Shown here one piece after another: positions 1-9,460 of a DNA stretch of 37,405 nucleotides. Numbering within the stretch: the stretch's first letter is position 1; each line of letters starts with the position of its first letter. Made by a program: the position numbers and the translations under genes. Origin of the DNA: a virus (taxonomy: Duplodnaviria; Caudoviricetes); IMG/VR virus record IMGVR_UViG_3300043442_000666, positions 1 to 37,405 of that record. The stretch is one strand, 5' to 3'. Under the pieces are notes generated by a model. That model worked only from the letters and a program-made list of their open reading frames with translations, had not been told where the DNA came from and searched no databases.

Positions 1-378
1 CTCAAGAGCATCATTGACAACTTCGATCATGTCATACAAAGGAAAGTCAGGGGATGCAAGTAACACCCTATCCCCCGAAGCTGGTGCAACGGTCAAGGCA
101 GGCGAGAACGTCGCCGTTGTGGTTGAGGCTTCGTAATCCGTGATACGGGAGAACTCGCCTTCGGGTGCGGCATTAGAACCACCTGCATCCTCGATGACGA
201 TAACCGTACCACCGTTGTAGAAGTCGTCCTCGTTACCGTCGCCAAGTTCATCGGCTAGTTTGGTATCAATTACTGTGGTGGTTGTACCGCCTGTGGCAAG
301 CGTGACCTTACCACCCACGCGGCGGTAGAAGCGTTGCAGGACGTGAGTTAGTTGGAGTTGGGTCGCGCTGTATGTCAT
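1..378 (-). CDS. virion structural protein, probable head-tail adaptor (3' part outside window)
   Basis: Manually translated from ATG at 378 (RBS GGAGG): MTYSATQLQLTHVLQRFYRRVGG...TATFSPALTVAPASGDRV..., open to the window edge; lies after the capsid genes. Confidence 0.5.
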   Translation of the reverse strand, partial: MTYSATQLQLTHVLQRFYRRVGGKVTLATGGTTTTVIDTKLADELGDGNEDDFYNGGTVIVIEDAGGSNAAPEGEFSRITDYEASTTTATFSPALTVAPASGDRVLLASPDFPLYDMIEVVNDALE

Positions 379-426
379 TGTCCCTCCGAGAGTTTGACAC
401 TCTCCACTTTTAGCGTTTCTTCAAAA

Positions 427-966
427 TTATTCCTTGCTTAGTTCAGGCTTTCCCTTCACACCACAAATGTAATGCTGTTCGGCTTTGTACTCTTTGCCGT
501 TGTAGTGCAACCAGTATTCGCCTGTCCTTGCCCTTGTAACGGACAAGCCGACACGTTCAAACAAAGAGCGCAGTTTTCGCATCGTGAAGATGTTCAGGTG
601 GACATCCCATCCGTTGACTTGTCCCGCCAGCATGTGTCCATGCAGGGCAGGGGATGGATTCTCACTCAACACTTCACGCGCCGCCCATTCTGCGGAGGGA
701 ACGACGATATGTAATTCCCCGCCTTCCTTCAAACAGGCGATCCAGCTTTTCAAGATGTCCTGCTCCCGCCAATAGCTAAAATGTTCTAAAACGTGGGAGG
801 CGAGTATCCCATCAAAACGCCCGTGTAATTCTTCGGGCATGTTGCCTGCGTCGGCTACGATGTCGGGCTTCATGTTCGGGTCGATGTCCAGCGTTAGGAC
901 TTTGGCATCCTTCCAGATCAGTTGGGCTTGCGGCTTTACGTTCGCGCCAATCTCTAAGACTTCCAT
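427..966 (-). CDS. class I SAM-dependent methyltransferase (Methyltransf_11-like)
   Basis: VLEIGA motif I, LDID, FDGILASHVLEH and LKEGGEL motifs. Confidence 0.85.
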   Translation of the reverse strand: MEVLEIGANVKPQAQLIWKDAKVLTLDIDPNMKPDIVADAGNMPEELHGRFDGILASHVLEHFSYWREQDILKSWIACLKEGGELHIVVPSAEWAAREVLSENPSPALHGHMLAGQVNGWDVHLNIFTMRKLRSLFERVGLSVTRARTGEYWLHYNGKEYKAEQHYICGVKGKPELSKE

Positions 967-967
967 G

Positions 968-1738
968 TTATCGACCTTTCAATTCACGGTAATCTTCGCC
1001 AGTGAAAGCCTTTGCCCGAAGATGACCACATTCCAACGATGTATCAAGCCAAACTTTATGTCCCACGCGGGCGGCGAGTTCAAAGAACCAAATGTCCTCA
1101 GTTCGTCCGAACTCCAACCCAAAGAACGGGTATTTGTAATTTTCAATGGTAGGCTCTACCATGCGGGTGCGAAGTTGTCCTTTGTACACTTTCCCGTCAT
1201 GTTCGTGACTTTCTGAGAAAGTCCCTTCGATGTCGTTCTTGTGGACAGGTAGCAGTCCGCCGCCCATGCGTTGCAGAACCGTAAAATTCTTTTGAATGTC
1301 CTCGTACACGCTGCGGTGAGTCAACAAGCAACCCATCCCCGCAGCGTCCACCGGTAAAATTTCCCCTCGTTCCCAAGTCTGTGTTTTCTCGATGGCTATA
1401 TATGCCTTGTTATATTTCACATATGCAATGGGGTTGTGCGGGGGATTCTTGCCATAATAAAGTCCACTGGCTAATGTTTTCCCCAATGACATCAATCGTG
1501 TGACTGCGCCAATCGGGACAACGGTATCTGCGTCGATCCAGAACAACCACTCTGCGTCCGACTTCAAGAACTTATCGGTGATGTCGTTACGATTGTGGTC
1601 TGTCGCCATTGTTGAGGCGACGGCTACCGTGAGGTCGAATTGTTGTCCGAGAACTGCGGTGTGTGCAGCCAGTGAAGCCCACCACTCCGGCTCTTGCGTC
1701 CCATAACACGGAACACCGAGATATAACTTAGTTCGCAT
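968..1738 (-). CDS. GT-A fold (GT2-like) glycosyltransferase
   Basis: LGVPCY N-terminal strand, NRN, WIDAD (DxD), GMGCLL, EDIWF, CGH motifs. Start placed at ATG 1738 (MRTKL), which has an AGGA RBS. Confidence 0.85.
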   Translation of the reverse strand: MRTKLYLGVPCYGTQEPEWWASLAAHTAVLGQQFDLTVAVASTMATDHNRNDITDKFLKSDAEWLFWIDADTVVPIGAVTRLMSLGKTLASGLYYGKNPPHNPIAYVKYNKAYIAIEKTQTWERGEILPVDAAGMGCLLTHRSVYEDIQKNFTVLQRMGGGLLPVHKNDIEGTFSESHEHDGKVYKGQLRTRMVEPTIENYKYPFFGLEFGRTEDIWFFELAARVGHKVWLDTSLECGHLRAKAFTGEDYRELKGR

Positions 1739-1922
1739 CCTTGCCCGCTTTCTGCGGAGGCGGTACGCGCTTTTCCATAACTTCAAGCATCCCGCCGCTC
1801 TGACGGATGCGTTCTACCAGTGCTTCGTCAAGTTCGGTAATTTCTCCCGCTTTGAAAGCGCGGGCGATAATGTTCCCATCCTTGAACTTTTCCATGAACT
1901 TTACAGTACAGATCAATCCCAT
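1728..1922 (-). CDS. small hypothetical protein following the major capsid gene
   Basis: 64-aa ORF with GAAAGG RBS, overlapping the start of the next gene. Confidence 0.6.
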   Translation of the reverse strand: MGLICTVKFMEKFKDGNIIARAFKAGEITELDEALVERIRQSGGMLEVMEKRVPPPQKAGKDAN

Positions 1923-1934
1923 ATTAACCTTTCA

Positions 1935-1973
1935 GGGGAGAGGCTTGGCGTGAACTACGTTACACCTCTCCCC
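1935..1973 (-). other. stem-loop between the capsid stop codon and the next RBS
   Basis: GGGGAGAGG (1935-1943) pairs with CCTCTCCCC (1965-1973); no U-tract. Confidence 0.5.
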
Positions 1974-1979
1974 GCCTCA

Positions 1980-3110
1980 CTAGGAGGTAATACCTGAGAT
2001 TACGCCGTGGGCTTTGTCGTTTGCGACAGCCAACGAGAACTCACCGATCAATTCACCCTTGCGACCGTCACCAGTACGGGCAAGCTCGTACCACTGGAAC
2101 GGACGCAGGCTATACAAGCCGACTTTGGAACTGTCAAGCAAGTACGCCCGACTGACAGGACACCAGCGCGATTCCACAACGCGGAGATTTCCGTATTGGG
2201 TCTGCAACTGAGTGATGGCACTCATACCAAAGACACTGTTATCCTGAGTCACACGGACAAAGGATGAAGTATCAAGCAGAGCGCGGAGGTCATTCATCAC
2301 AGCCGGATTGACTACGAACAGGTCAGGCATACCGCCGTCCAACATACAGTATTCCATCACATTGTCGATGTCACCCTTGGCGATTGCGCCGCCAGCGTCA
2401 ACGGTGTTGTCGGTGATGTAAGTGGCAAGACCACCCATCGAACGCGGGGTGGTGGCAGTACCCGCAGCGCGGATACCGTGGAATACAGCGCGTTCCAACA
2501 GGCGGGACAGTTCGGGAATACCCTTGTTCGCCTGATAGGAGAACTCGTCGTTGATACCGTACTGGTCGATCACCTGCTGAGTACCAGAGATATTGAGAGC
2601 CTTCTGGAAGATGCTGGTGTAGTTGTACGGTGCGGTGATGTCCACGATAGGACCGTAGTCCGCGTCATCACCTTCGAGACGAGCCATACCAACGATTTCA
2701 ATGGTGGAGGTCGTCGCGTGGGTGGCGTTCGTACCGCCGTAGGAGCGGGAGAACACGGTCACGGTGTTGTTGGTGGTATTGATCGTGTCAACCACCATGT
2801 ATTCGGAGTCGATCTGGATGACGTGACCAGGCTGGAAGATGGACGCATCGGTGACGGTCAAGGTCGTGGTGTTGGTGGTGATGGTGGTGCCTTGATTGGC
2901 GGTGGTGCTGGTGGGAGCGTATTCGTCCTCAAGCCATTCGATCTTGTAGCCATTGCCGCGAATCTTGAATTTCGAGCGTGCAGAGTCAAGTCCCAAGAGA
3001 CTCAAAAGCGGAGTATCTACGGGGTCAATGAGACTGATAACGTCGTTGACGATACGAATATGGGGGGTCGTATCGGAATAGGTTGTTACTTGCTGGTCAT
3101 AAACTGCCAT
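1980..3110 (-). CDS. major capsid protein (DUF5309/SU10-like, HK97 fold) with Thr-rich insertion domain
   Basis: IDPVDTPLLS, IEWLED, NYTSIFQK, ISGT, RSMGG, LRP and GEFSL motifs; follows the scaffold gene. Confidence 0.88.
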   Translation of the reverse strand: MAVYDQQVTTYSDTTPHIRIVNDVISLIDPVDTPLLSLLGLDSARSKFKIRGNGYKIEWLEDEYAPTSTTANQGTTITTNTTTLTVTDASIFQPGHVIQIDSEYMVVDTINTTNNTVTVFSRSYGGTNATHATTSTIEIVGMARLEGDDADYGPIVDITAPYNYTSIFQKALNISGTQQVIDQYGINDEFSYQANKGIPELSRLLERAVFHGIRAAGTATTPRSMGGLATYITDNTVDAGGAIAKGDIDNVMEYCMLDGGMPDLFVVNPAVMNDLRALLDTSSFVRVTQDNSVFGMSAITQLQTQYGNLRVVESRWCPVSRAYLLDSSKVGLYSLRPFQWYELARTGDGRKGELIGEFSLAVANDKAHGVISGITS

Positions 3111-3137
3111 GTTAGCCTCCCTGTGGCTATGTTAGGT

Positions 3138-3815
3138 TTACCAGACTTCCAATCCCTTCTTTCGGAACTTTGCCTTTAGGTCAGAGATTTGAGCCGGGTT
3201 TGGTCTGCCAGCCTTTCGCAATACGTCCAGTTCCTTTTCATAAGCCTTTTGCAAATCCCCATCAGCAGATGGAACTTTATCAGCGGGCTTGGCTGGTGAT
3301 TGTGCTTGGGTTGGCGTTGGTTTTGGTTTCATCAAGTCGGCAACAACCGCCTTGACCTCGACAGGTGAATTGAATTGTTTCCCCTCAAAGGCTAACTTCA
3401 CCTCTGGGTTATTCAAGTCCAATCCGTATTCTGCAATGACTTTGCCCACGTCCACTGTCTCGCTGCCAACGGGAGCCGCAGGTTGTTCCCGAAGTTGACG
3501 GACGGTCTGTCGGAAGTCGTATTCCTCAATCGCTTCCTCCTCAGACAAGCCGCGTTTCTTCAAGGCTTCAATCTCGGCAAGTTGTTTCTTGACTTCTTCA
3601 AGTTCCTTGCGGGTCTTGTTTACGCCCCGGTCTTTGTCCCCTTGCAGGGATTTGGTGCGCGAATCAATCTCCTCAAGTTTCTTGGAAAAAATGGTTAAAA
3701 CATCTTCCAGTTTCTTTGGGTCGAATGAACCACCGCTAACACCACCTTCCGAACCGCCCGCATTTGGCTGTGCAGGTGTCCCGTCGGTCTGGTTGCTGTC
3801 CAACTCGTTTGACAT
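3138..3815 (-). CDS. capsid scaffolding protein
   Basis: Disordered N-terminus, charged coiled coil and Pro-rich linker; immediately upstream of the capsid gene. Confidence 0.7.
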   Translation of the reverse strand: MSNELDSNQTDGTPAQPNAGGSEGGVSGGSFDPKKLEDVLTIFSKKLEEIDSRTKSLQGDKDRGVNKTRKELEEVKKQLAEIEALKKRGLSEEEAIEEYDFRQTVRQLREQPAAPVGSETVDVGKVIAEYGLDLNNPEVKLAFEGKQFNSPVEVKAVVADLMKPKPTPTQAQSPAKPADKVPSADGDLQKAYEKELDVLRKAGRPNPAQISDLKAKFRKKGLEVW

Positions 3816-3855
3816 TGTGTTTTTTCCTTTCTATATCCCCTAGATATATTCCCCG

Positions 3856-6800
3856 TTAGGGCGAGTTTACCACACTTCCTTGACTTTGTGCAAAGGAAGC
3901 CCCGAAATACGCAAGGACTTCATCGTAACTCATGCCTAATTGACGGGCTTGATATTGAAGTTCCTGCCTTGCGTAATAGGATAATTTGTCCCCGTTCTGG
4001 TAATAGTCTGCCATTTGCTCTACCAAAGGCTCTCCCAATGTCTGCGTCCAATACTCCATCGGTAGGACGTTGGGGGTGTTGGCAGCTTCCAGTAAGGCTT
4101 GCTGATAATCGCTTTGGGCGGTTGCGTCCTCTCGCCGTGAGGGTGCTTCGGGAAGATAGGCTTCCACGCTTTTCATGCGCTCGTCGATGGATTTAAGAAG
4201 CTGTTTCTTCTCTGCAAGATAAGCGGAAAAGCCAGGGTGTTGTGCCTCAAATGCTTTCCGTTCTTTAGTGTCAAGCAGATCGGAATATTCCAAGTCGAGA
4301 TTTCGCATGTCAGAGCCGTACTTTTGTTCGAGGTCGCGGTACATGATGTTCGTGAAGTAGCGTTCTGTTGTACTAAATCCGCCATAATACTCGTTCAATG
4401 TCGGCGTTGAAATTATGTAGTAGTCTTGCAAGATAAGCGCGTCACGGACAATGGGGTTATCGTCCAAGAAGTCCTCTTGATCTGAATAACTCAAATCGTA
4501 GTATTTTTCCAGTTTATCTTGAATATCCTCGCCGTAACGCTCATTCATTACATCTTTCATTTCCGCATACATCTTTCGCGCTTCCGCCCAAGATTGGCGG
4601 TTTGCATTGGATGGCATTTGATACATCTGTGCCATATCCTCGATACCTGCAATAAAACGAGCCTTGTCTTGTTCGGTCAGGTTCATTTTTGAGATGTCGC
4701 CTTTGGCGTTATAAAATTCCTCAATCCACTTTTGGTCAATATCTACCAAGCCTGTAATGTCAGTCATTTGTCCGGGTGGAATCCTGCCAAGTACATTGTA
4801 GGCATAGGCGGTTTCCATTTCTGCGCTGTTCTTGCGACCCAACAAAAGTCCATCCACGAACATGCCGTACTCTGGATTTTCCCTGAGTGCGTTCCATGCG
4901 TCCCTGTATTGGTCTGGGGTCATAATGGATTTTGAAGCCAACAGCGTTGAGTAATCTCCCCAAAACTTTTCAATGACCATATCTTCCTGAGTACGTGGTC
5001 TTGCGCCGACACCGATAAAGAAGGAACTGACATCCCCTTGAAAACGCTTCTGGGCTGAGTAGTTTACAGCGGCGTTCCAAATATCTCCATTCTTGGAACG
5101 TGCCGCTTCAATCATCTGTTCTTGGGTAATATCCCCGCGCTGTACCATCATGGCAAGAGCCGCCACGACACGGTTTCTTTCGTAGGGGTCGGCTCCACCC
5201 CAAAGGTCTTGGTTTGCAACTTGAACGAATGGGTCAATTTCTATTGCTTCCCCAAACAGAGTGGAACTTGCTGACTTCACCAACTGCGATTGTGGTAACA
5301 ATCGACCAAGCCAGCGTTCGCCTGCTTCCTGTTGTCCTGTGGTGTAGAGTTTTAATGCTAATGCCCAGTTCACCAAAGGCGAGAAAGAAGGACCCATTCT
5401 CCCCATATCACTAACCATGTTCGTAACCCAATCCACGCGCTTTTTCGGGTCGTTGAAGTCTGAGCCAGTTAATCCATAAACAGGGTTAATCATTGACTCA
5501 AGGTTGATATAGTATGGGTTGGACAAGTCAATCCCAAGTAAGTTGGTGACTACGGCATTTTGTCGGTAATACTCCGGCATATCTGCGTGTTCTTGTTGAA
5601 TATAGTCCTTGTAAGCTAGATAGATATTGGCATACTTTGGATTATCAACAACATTTTCCAGCATCTTTGCATACGAGCGGGTTGTCCAGTAATGGAACGA
5701 GTTTCCAAACAGATATGACAGAGCATGATCCATGTAAGTCTTGTCGTAGTCATGCAAAACAAAGTTTCTGGTTTCCACAGCCACACGCCCCGCCATTTCA
5801 CGAACAGGTTTCATACGTGTTTCAAATGCGTTACGGAAACTTCGCAGGGCATCAGTCATATCAACAGGGGTCGACTTTACCTTCGATCCCCATTCGTTTG
5901 TCACCGTGTCGCCCCACCGCTGTACGTCCGCCAAAAACTCGTCGCGGGTTTCCCACAGGATGCGTGCTTCACTTACAGTATCATCGAACGGCGGAACTCT
6001 GGTACGGCTCCAAATAGCTTTGTAGGCATCTTCAAGAGTCACCTGTTCGTAAGGAATGACCTTGCCAGTGTCCGCTGCTACCGCGTTGACAATGTGTTTT
6101 TTTCCGCCTTTCCATGTCTTGAATATTTCTTGGAAGTCACCAATGACATCCTTGATAAGAATAGGTGAGCCGTCAGAGGCTTTGGGTATTTCTTGAAAAT
6201 CGAACTGACGCAAGAATCTTCGCCACGACACAGCATCTTCAATGTCCTCGGATTCTTGGAACAACTTGGTCAATACGCGATAGGGATTGTCAGACCCTTT
6301 GTCTGCCATGACGATCTCATCAAATGACATCCCCATCTTGGTTGCCATTTCTTCAAGAATTTGCAAAGAGCCTGTGTACTTCTTATTGTTGCCATTTCTG
6401 TACACATCAGCAGATGTTTCAAAGAACGCGGTCCATAATCGTTTTCTAAAAGTTGGACGTTGCAACTTTGCAAGATTTTGACTTTGATAAATCTCACTAA
6501 GTTGGAACTTACGCCCCTTGTAATAGATGGGCTTCGTCCACATTGTTTTAAGCATGGCTGCATCAGCGTCTTTGGACGCATCTATCATCTTTATTATTTC
6601 GTCTCGTAATAGATTGATGGAACGATACTGCTCCACTGTAATAGATGCAGTTTGTTCAATTCGCGCTGTTGCTTCCTCAACGGCTGTATAGAGTTGAGGA
6701 TTTTCCAGCGCAATGCGGCGGGCTTTTGCAAGTGTTTCGGAAACAACCGTTGTCAACTGGTCTTGGGTGTTTTGCCAAGACTGGATCAACTCCGCCATTA

Positions 6801-9459
6801 AATTCTTGTCGCGGACATCCACTTTGCGGGTGTCTGCCAAATCCCCTGCAAACTCGTACAACTCCTCCGGCATTTTAGAAACTGTGGATGGCATCTTTTG
6901 AGCGGCTTCCGTTACCAACGCATCGTACCGAGACACGATGGCATCCAGCCCAGACTTGAACTCATCCACGCTTTCGGCGTTCTTTTGCAGGTCGTAGAAC
7001 TCGTCCAACATGCCGATTGACTTTAGATGGTTTTGCATATCAACGGACGGTTCCACCAACCGCCATGTTTCAACTTCGCCGTTTCCTGCTATCTTACGAA
7101 TAATGTCCAACGCTTCGTCAACATTACCCGCTGAACGTTTCAAGGCTGAGAACATCAGCCCTTTTTGGTTCTGCGGGAACATATTTAGTAAGTTGTCCCA
7201 TTCAGGCATCCCCTTCAAAACGGAGGGCAGTGCTTTTTTTAGTTCGTCATCCACGACTTTCAAAATGATGTTTGCGGCGGTAATTTGCTCTGAACGCTGC
7301 ATTGCAGGCAAAAAGCCAAACTTTGTTTTTGTCTGCAATGAATCCGCAATACCAAGAGATGCTTCGATTGGCGCAAATCCAAGTTTACGGATAAGAGCCT
7401 CATTCATATTGGCAAGAATGTTGTCAGAGTATTTCTTTACAGGGCTTCGCCCTAATGCTTCCAACGATGTAAGCACAGCGGTTTTGAGGTCTGTGGACAT
7501 TGCCAACAATAAGGATTGACCGTAGATGTTCCTCGCCCAAGAGCGTGGAACCCAATTCATAAACAGTTGCACCATTCCGCCTGTTGTCTTTTTGACAACT
7601 GCTTCGGATGGTCGGGTTAATTGATTGATGATACGGACAGGCTTTGGCAGGTCTTTTGCCATTTCTGCCAGCCGCTTGACCTTTGCCGAAGTGTCGCCCG
7701 CTTTTAGTTTGCTCTCCGCTTGCAACATTTCATCCACGGAAGGGATAAGATCACCTATGACGCTTTCAAGTTTATGATAAAGCAGACCGTATGTTTCTTG
7801 ATGGTTCGCGGATTTTTTGACGACATCCAAAAGATTGTCGTTATCCATACGGTGCATGATTTCACCCACCAACATGCCGACATCCGAGAATACAAAGTCA
7901 GACTTGGTAAGTAACTTCTTTGCTGCGTCAATCGTTGCGCTTCCGCCTTTGCGGAGGTTTGCCATGTCCTGCAAGGTTGCCAGTGTTTCATTCAGACCAT
8001 AGCGTGTCATCATGGATTTTAGAAAGTAGTCGGCATCGGCGGAGGCGCGGCGGACTTTACCATCCCTGTCCACACTGGCGAGATTCCACATCCAATCCTT
8101 TTGTTTCCATGAATCAAAGAACTTAGAAACTTTGCCGACGGCTTCATTGACCACCTTTGCCGCCTGTCTTTCGTCGTTCACGTTGCCTGAGTTGCGAAGC
8201 AGGGTGTCCAAATCAGGCATGACATTATTTACAAATCTGTCTGATGCTTTGGCTAGTCTAGCCTTACCAATGTTTGCGCCGATGAACTCACCGAACGTAG
8301 GGATTCGCACAATGGTTTGCCACGGGAGGGATACGGTCTTTCCAAAAACGCGCACAGTATCCGCGCTTAATCGGGCTGCGTCATCAAAGTAATTGATAGG
8401 CTTTACCAAAGACATTCCCAAATAGGTACTTGGTGAGCCTAAGATAGAGCCAAGAAGTTCTGTCCCCATCTTACCCATGTCCTGCGCTAAGAAACCTGGG
8501 TCTTTTCCTTCTGCTAGTGCCTTATCAAACTCGGCGCGTTTGGCTTCATCAAAGGCAAGGGTATAAGCCATTGCGGATGCTTTCTGATAATCCTGTATTC
8601 GTTCTTTTGTTTCCGCCCACGTTATCTTATTCTGCATCATTGCTTTTGTAACAGTGATGGCATCCTTGATGATGGCGTAGGGCGAGGATTGGTTTATCTT
8701 CAAGTACAGGTTGGTTGGCTCGTCTTTCTTGAACTGGTCGGCTACGGAATCCAAGCCCATCGAGGTAGTATGAATTTTCCGCATGGCTTCATCATCCAAG
8801 CTAAGTAATGCCAATCCACCCCATATCAGATTTTGCGTGGTATCCACCCCAAGACGAACGGCGCGGGACATGCCCGTTCCTGCGCTTTGTATAAATGCTT
8901 CGGTTCTTGTGTCGCCTTCGGCTTTGCTGGCTTCTTTGGTGATTTGCTTTTCAGTTGCAAGTCCGGCTGGTAATGCGGCGACATCTTCTGCGGTCAAGCC
9001 TGTGGCTTCTTCCGCCGATGTAAACGCCCCAAACCAGAACGAGCCGCGCTGGCTCCATTTTAGTTTTTCTTCAAGCGTCCTTGCCCATGCACCAATGCGG
9101 TCATCGTACGCGGCGTTTATTTCGCTTTGCGTGTCTTGGTCGAGTTGATTGATCTGCCACTTGAATTTTGTCGGGTCGGTCAGGTCTGCCCATGCCTTGC
9201 GTAGCCAACCTTTGAATCCATCCCCATAATAGGCAAGTCCTCCCGATGTCGTGTCATACGCCATGTAAGGCGGTGGCTTCGGGAGGTTTTCTATCTTTGG
9301 GGATACGGGAAGTTGTAACGGCTTTACGTCAGACTGCGGGGGAGAAATCGGCTGTTGTTTTTGCTGTTCCTCTTTTACCGCGTTGTATGCGTTTACTTCT
9401 GCCCGTTGCCTTGATTGAATGGCTTCGGGAGAATAGTAGCCTTTTGGTTTCTTTGCCAT
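3856..9459 (-). CDS. very large helical protein, probable internal virion/DNA-ejection protein
   Basis: 1867 aa, alpha-helical composition, inside the head operon; no enzyme motif recognised. Confidence 0.55.
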   Translation of the reverse strand: MAKKPKGYYSPEAIQSRQRAEVNAYNAVKEEQQKQQPISPPQSDVKPLQLPVSPKIENLPKPPPYMAYDTTSGGLAYYGDGFKGWLRKAWADLTDPTKFKWQINQLDQDTQSEINAAYDDRIGAWARTLEEKLKWSQRGSFWFGAFTSAEEATGLTAEDVAALPAGLATEKQITKEASKAEGDTRTEAFIQSAGTGMSRAVRLGVDTTQNLIWGGLALLSLDDEAMRKIHTTSMGLDSVADQFKKDEPTNLYLKINQSSPYAIIKDAITVTKAMMQNKITWAETKERIQDYQKASAMAYTLAFDEAKRAEFDKALAEGKDPGFLAQDMGKMGTELLGSILGSPSTYLGMSLVKPINYFDDAARLSADTVRVFGKTVSLPWQTIVRIPTFGEFIGANIGKARLAKASDRFVNNVMPDLDTLLRNSGNVNDERQAAKVVNEAVGKVSKFFDSWKQKDWMWNLASVDRDGKVRRASADADYFLKSMMTRYGLNETLATLQDMANLRKGGSATIDAAKKLLTKSDFVFSDVGMLVGEIMHRMDNDNLLDVVKKSANHQETYGLLYHKLESVIGDLIPSVDEMLQAESKLKAGDTSAKVKRLAEMAKDLPKPVRIINQLTRPSEAVVKKTTGGMVQLFMNWVPRSWARNIYGQSLLLAMSTDLKTAVLTSLEALGRSPVKKYSDNILANMNEALIRKLGFAPIEASLGIADSLQTKTKFGFLPAMQRSEQITAANIILKVVDDELKKALPSVLKGMPEWDNLLNMFPQNQKGLMFSALKRSAGNVDEALDIIRKIAGNGEVETWRLVEPSVDMQNHLKSIGMLDEFYDLQKNAESVDEFKSGLDAIVSRYDALVTEAAQKMPSTVSKMPEELYEFAGDLADTRKVDVRDKNLMAELIQSWQNTQDQLTTVVSETLAKARRIALENPQLYTAVEEATARIEQTASITVEQYRSINLLRDEIIKMIDASKDADAAMLKTMWTKPIYYKGRKFQLSEIYQSQNLAKLQRPTFRKRLWTAFFETSADVYRNGNNKKYTGSLQILEEMATKMGMSFDEIVMADKGSDNPYRVLTKLFQESEDIEDAVSWRRFLRQFDFQEIPKASDGSPILIKDVIGDFQEIFKTWKGGKKHIVNAVAADTGKVIPYEQVTLEDAYKAIWSRTRVPPFDDTVSEARILWETRDEFLADVQRWGDTVTNEWGSKVKSTPVDMTDALRSFRNAFETRMKPVREMAGRVAVETRNFVLHDYDKTYMDHALSYLFGNSFHYWTTRSYAKMLENVVDNPKYANIYLAYKDYIQQEHADMPEYYRQNAVVTNLLGIDLSNPYYINLESMINPVYGLTGSDFNDPKKRVDWVTNMVSDMGRMGPSFSPLVNWALALKLYTTGQQEAGERWLGRLLPQSQLVKSASSTLFGEAIEIDPFVQVANQDLWGGADPYERNRVVAALAMMVQRGDITQEQMIEAARSKNGDIWNAAVNYSAQKRFQGDVSSFFIGVGARPRTQEDMVIEKFWGDYSTLLASKSIMTPDQYRDAWNALRENPEYGMFVDGLLLGRKNSAEMETAYAYNVLGRIPPGQMTDITGLVDIDQKWIEEFYNAKGDISKMNLTEQDKARFIAGIEDMAQMYQMPSNANRQSWAEARKMYAEMKDVMNERYGEDIQDKLEKYYDLSYSDQEDFLDDNPIVRDALILQDYYIISTPTLNEYYGGFSTTERYFTNIMYRDLEQKYGSDMRNLDLEYSDLLDTKERKAFEAQHPGFSAYLAEKKQLLKSIDERMKSVEAYLPEAPSRREDATAQSDYQQALLEAANTPNVLPMEYWTQTLGEPLVEQMADYYQNGDKLSYYARQELQYQARQLGMSYDEVLAYFGASFAQSQGSVVNSP

Positions 9460-9460
9460 G

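Noticed and set aside
2478-3179. 233-aa plus-strand Gly/Val-rich ORF
   Set aside because: It is antisense to the major capsid gene and explained by that gene's codon bias.
3856-9459. Tape measure protein or virion RNA polymerase
   Set aside because: No tape-measure repeat pattern, adjacent tail chaperones or clear polymerase catalytic motif were seen; not fully excluded without a structure search.
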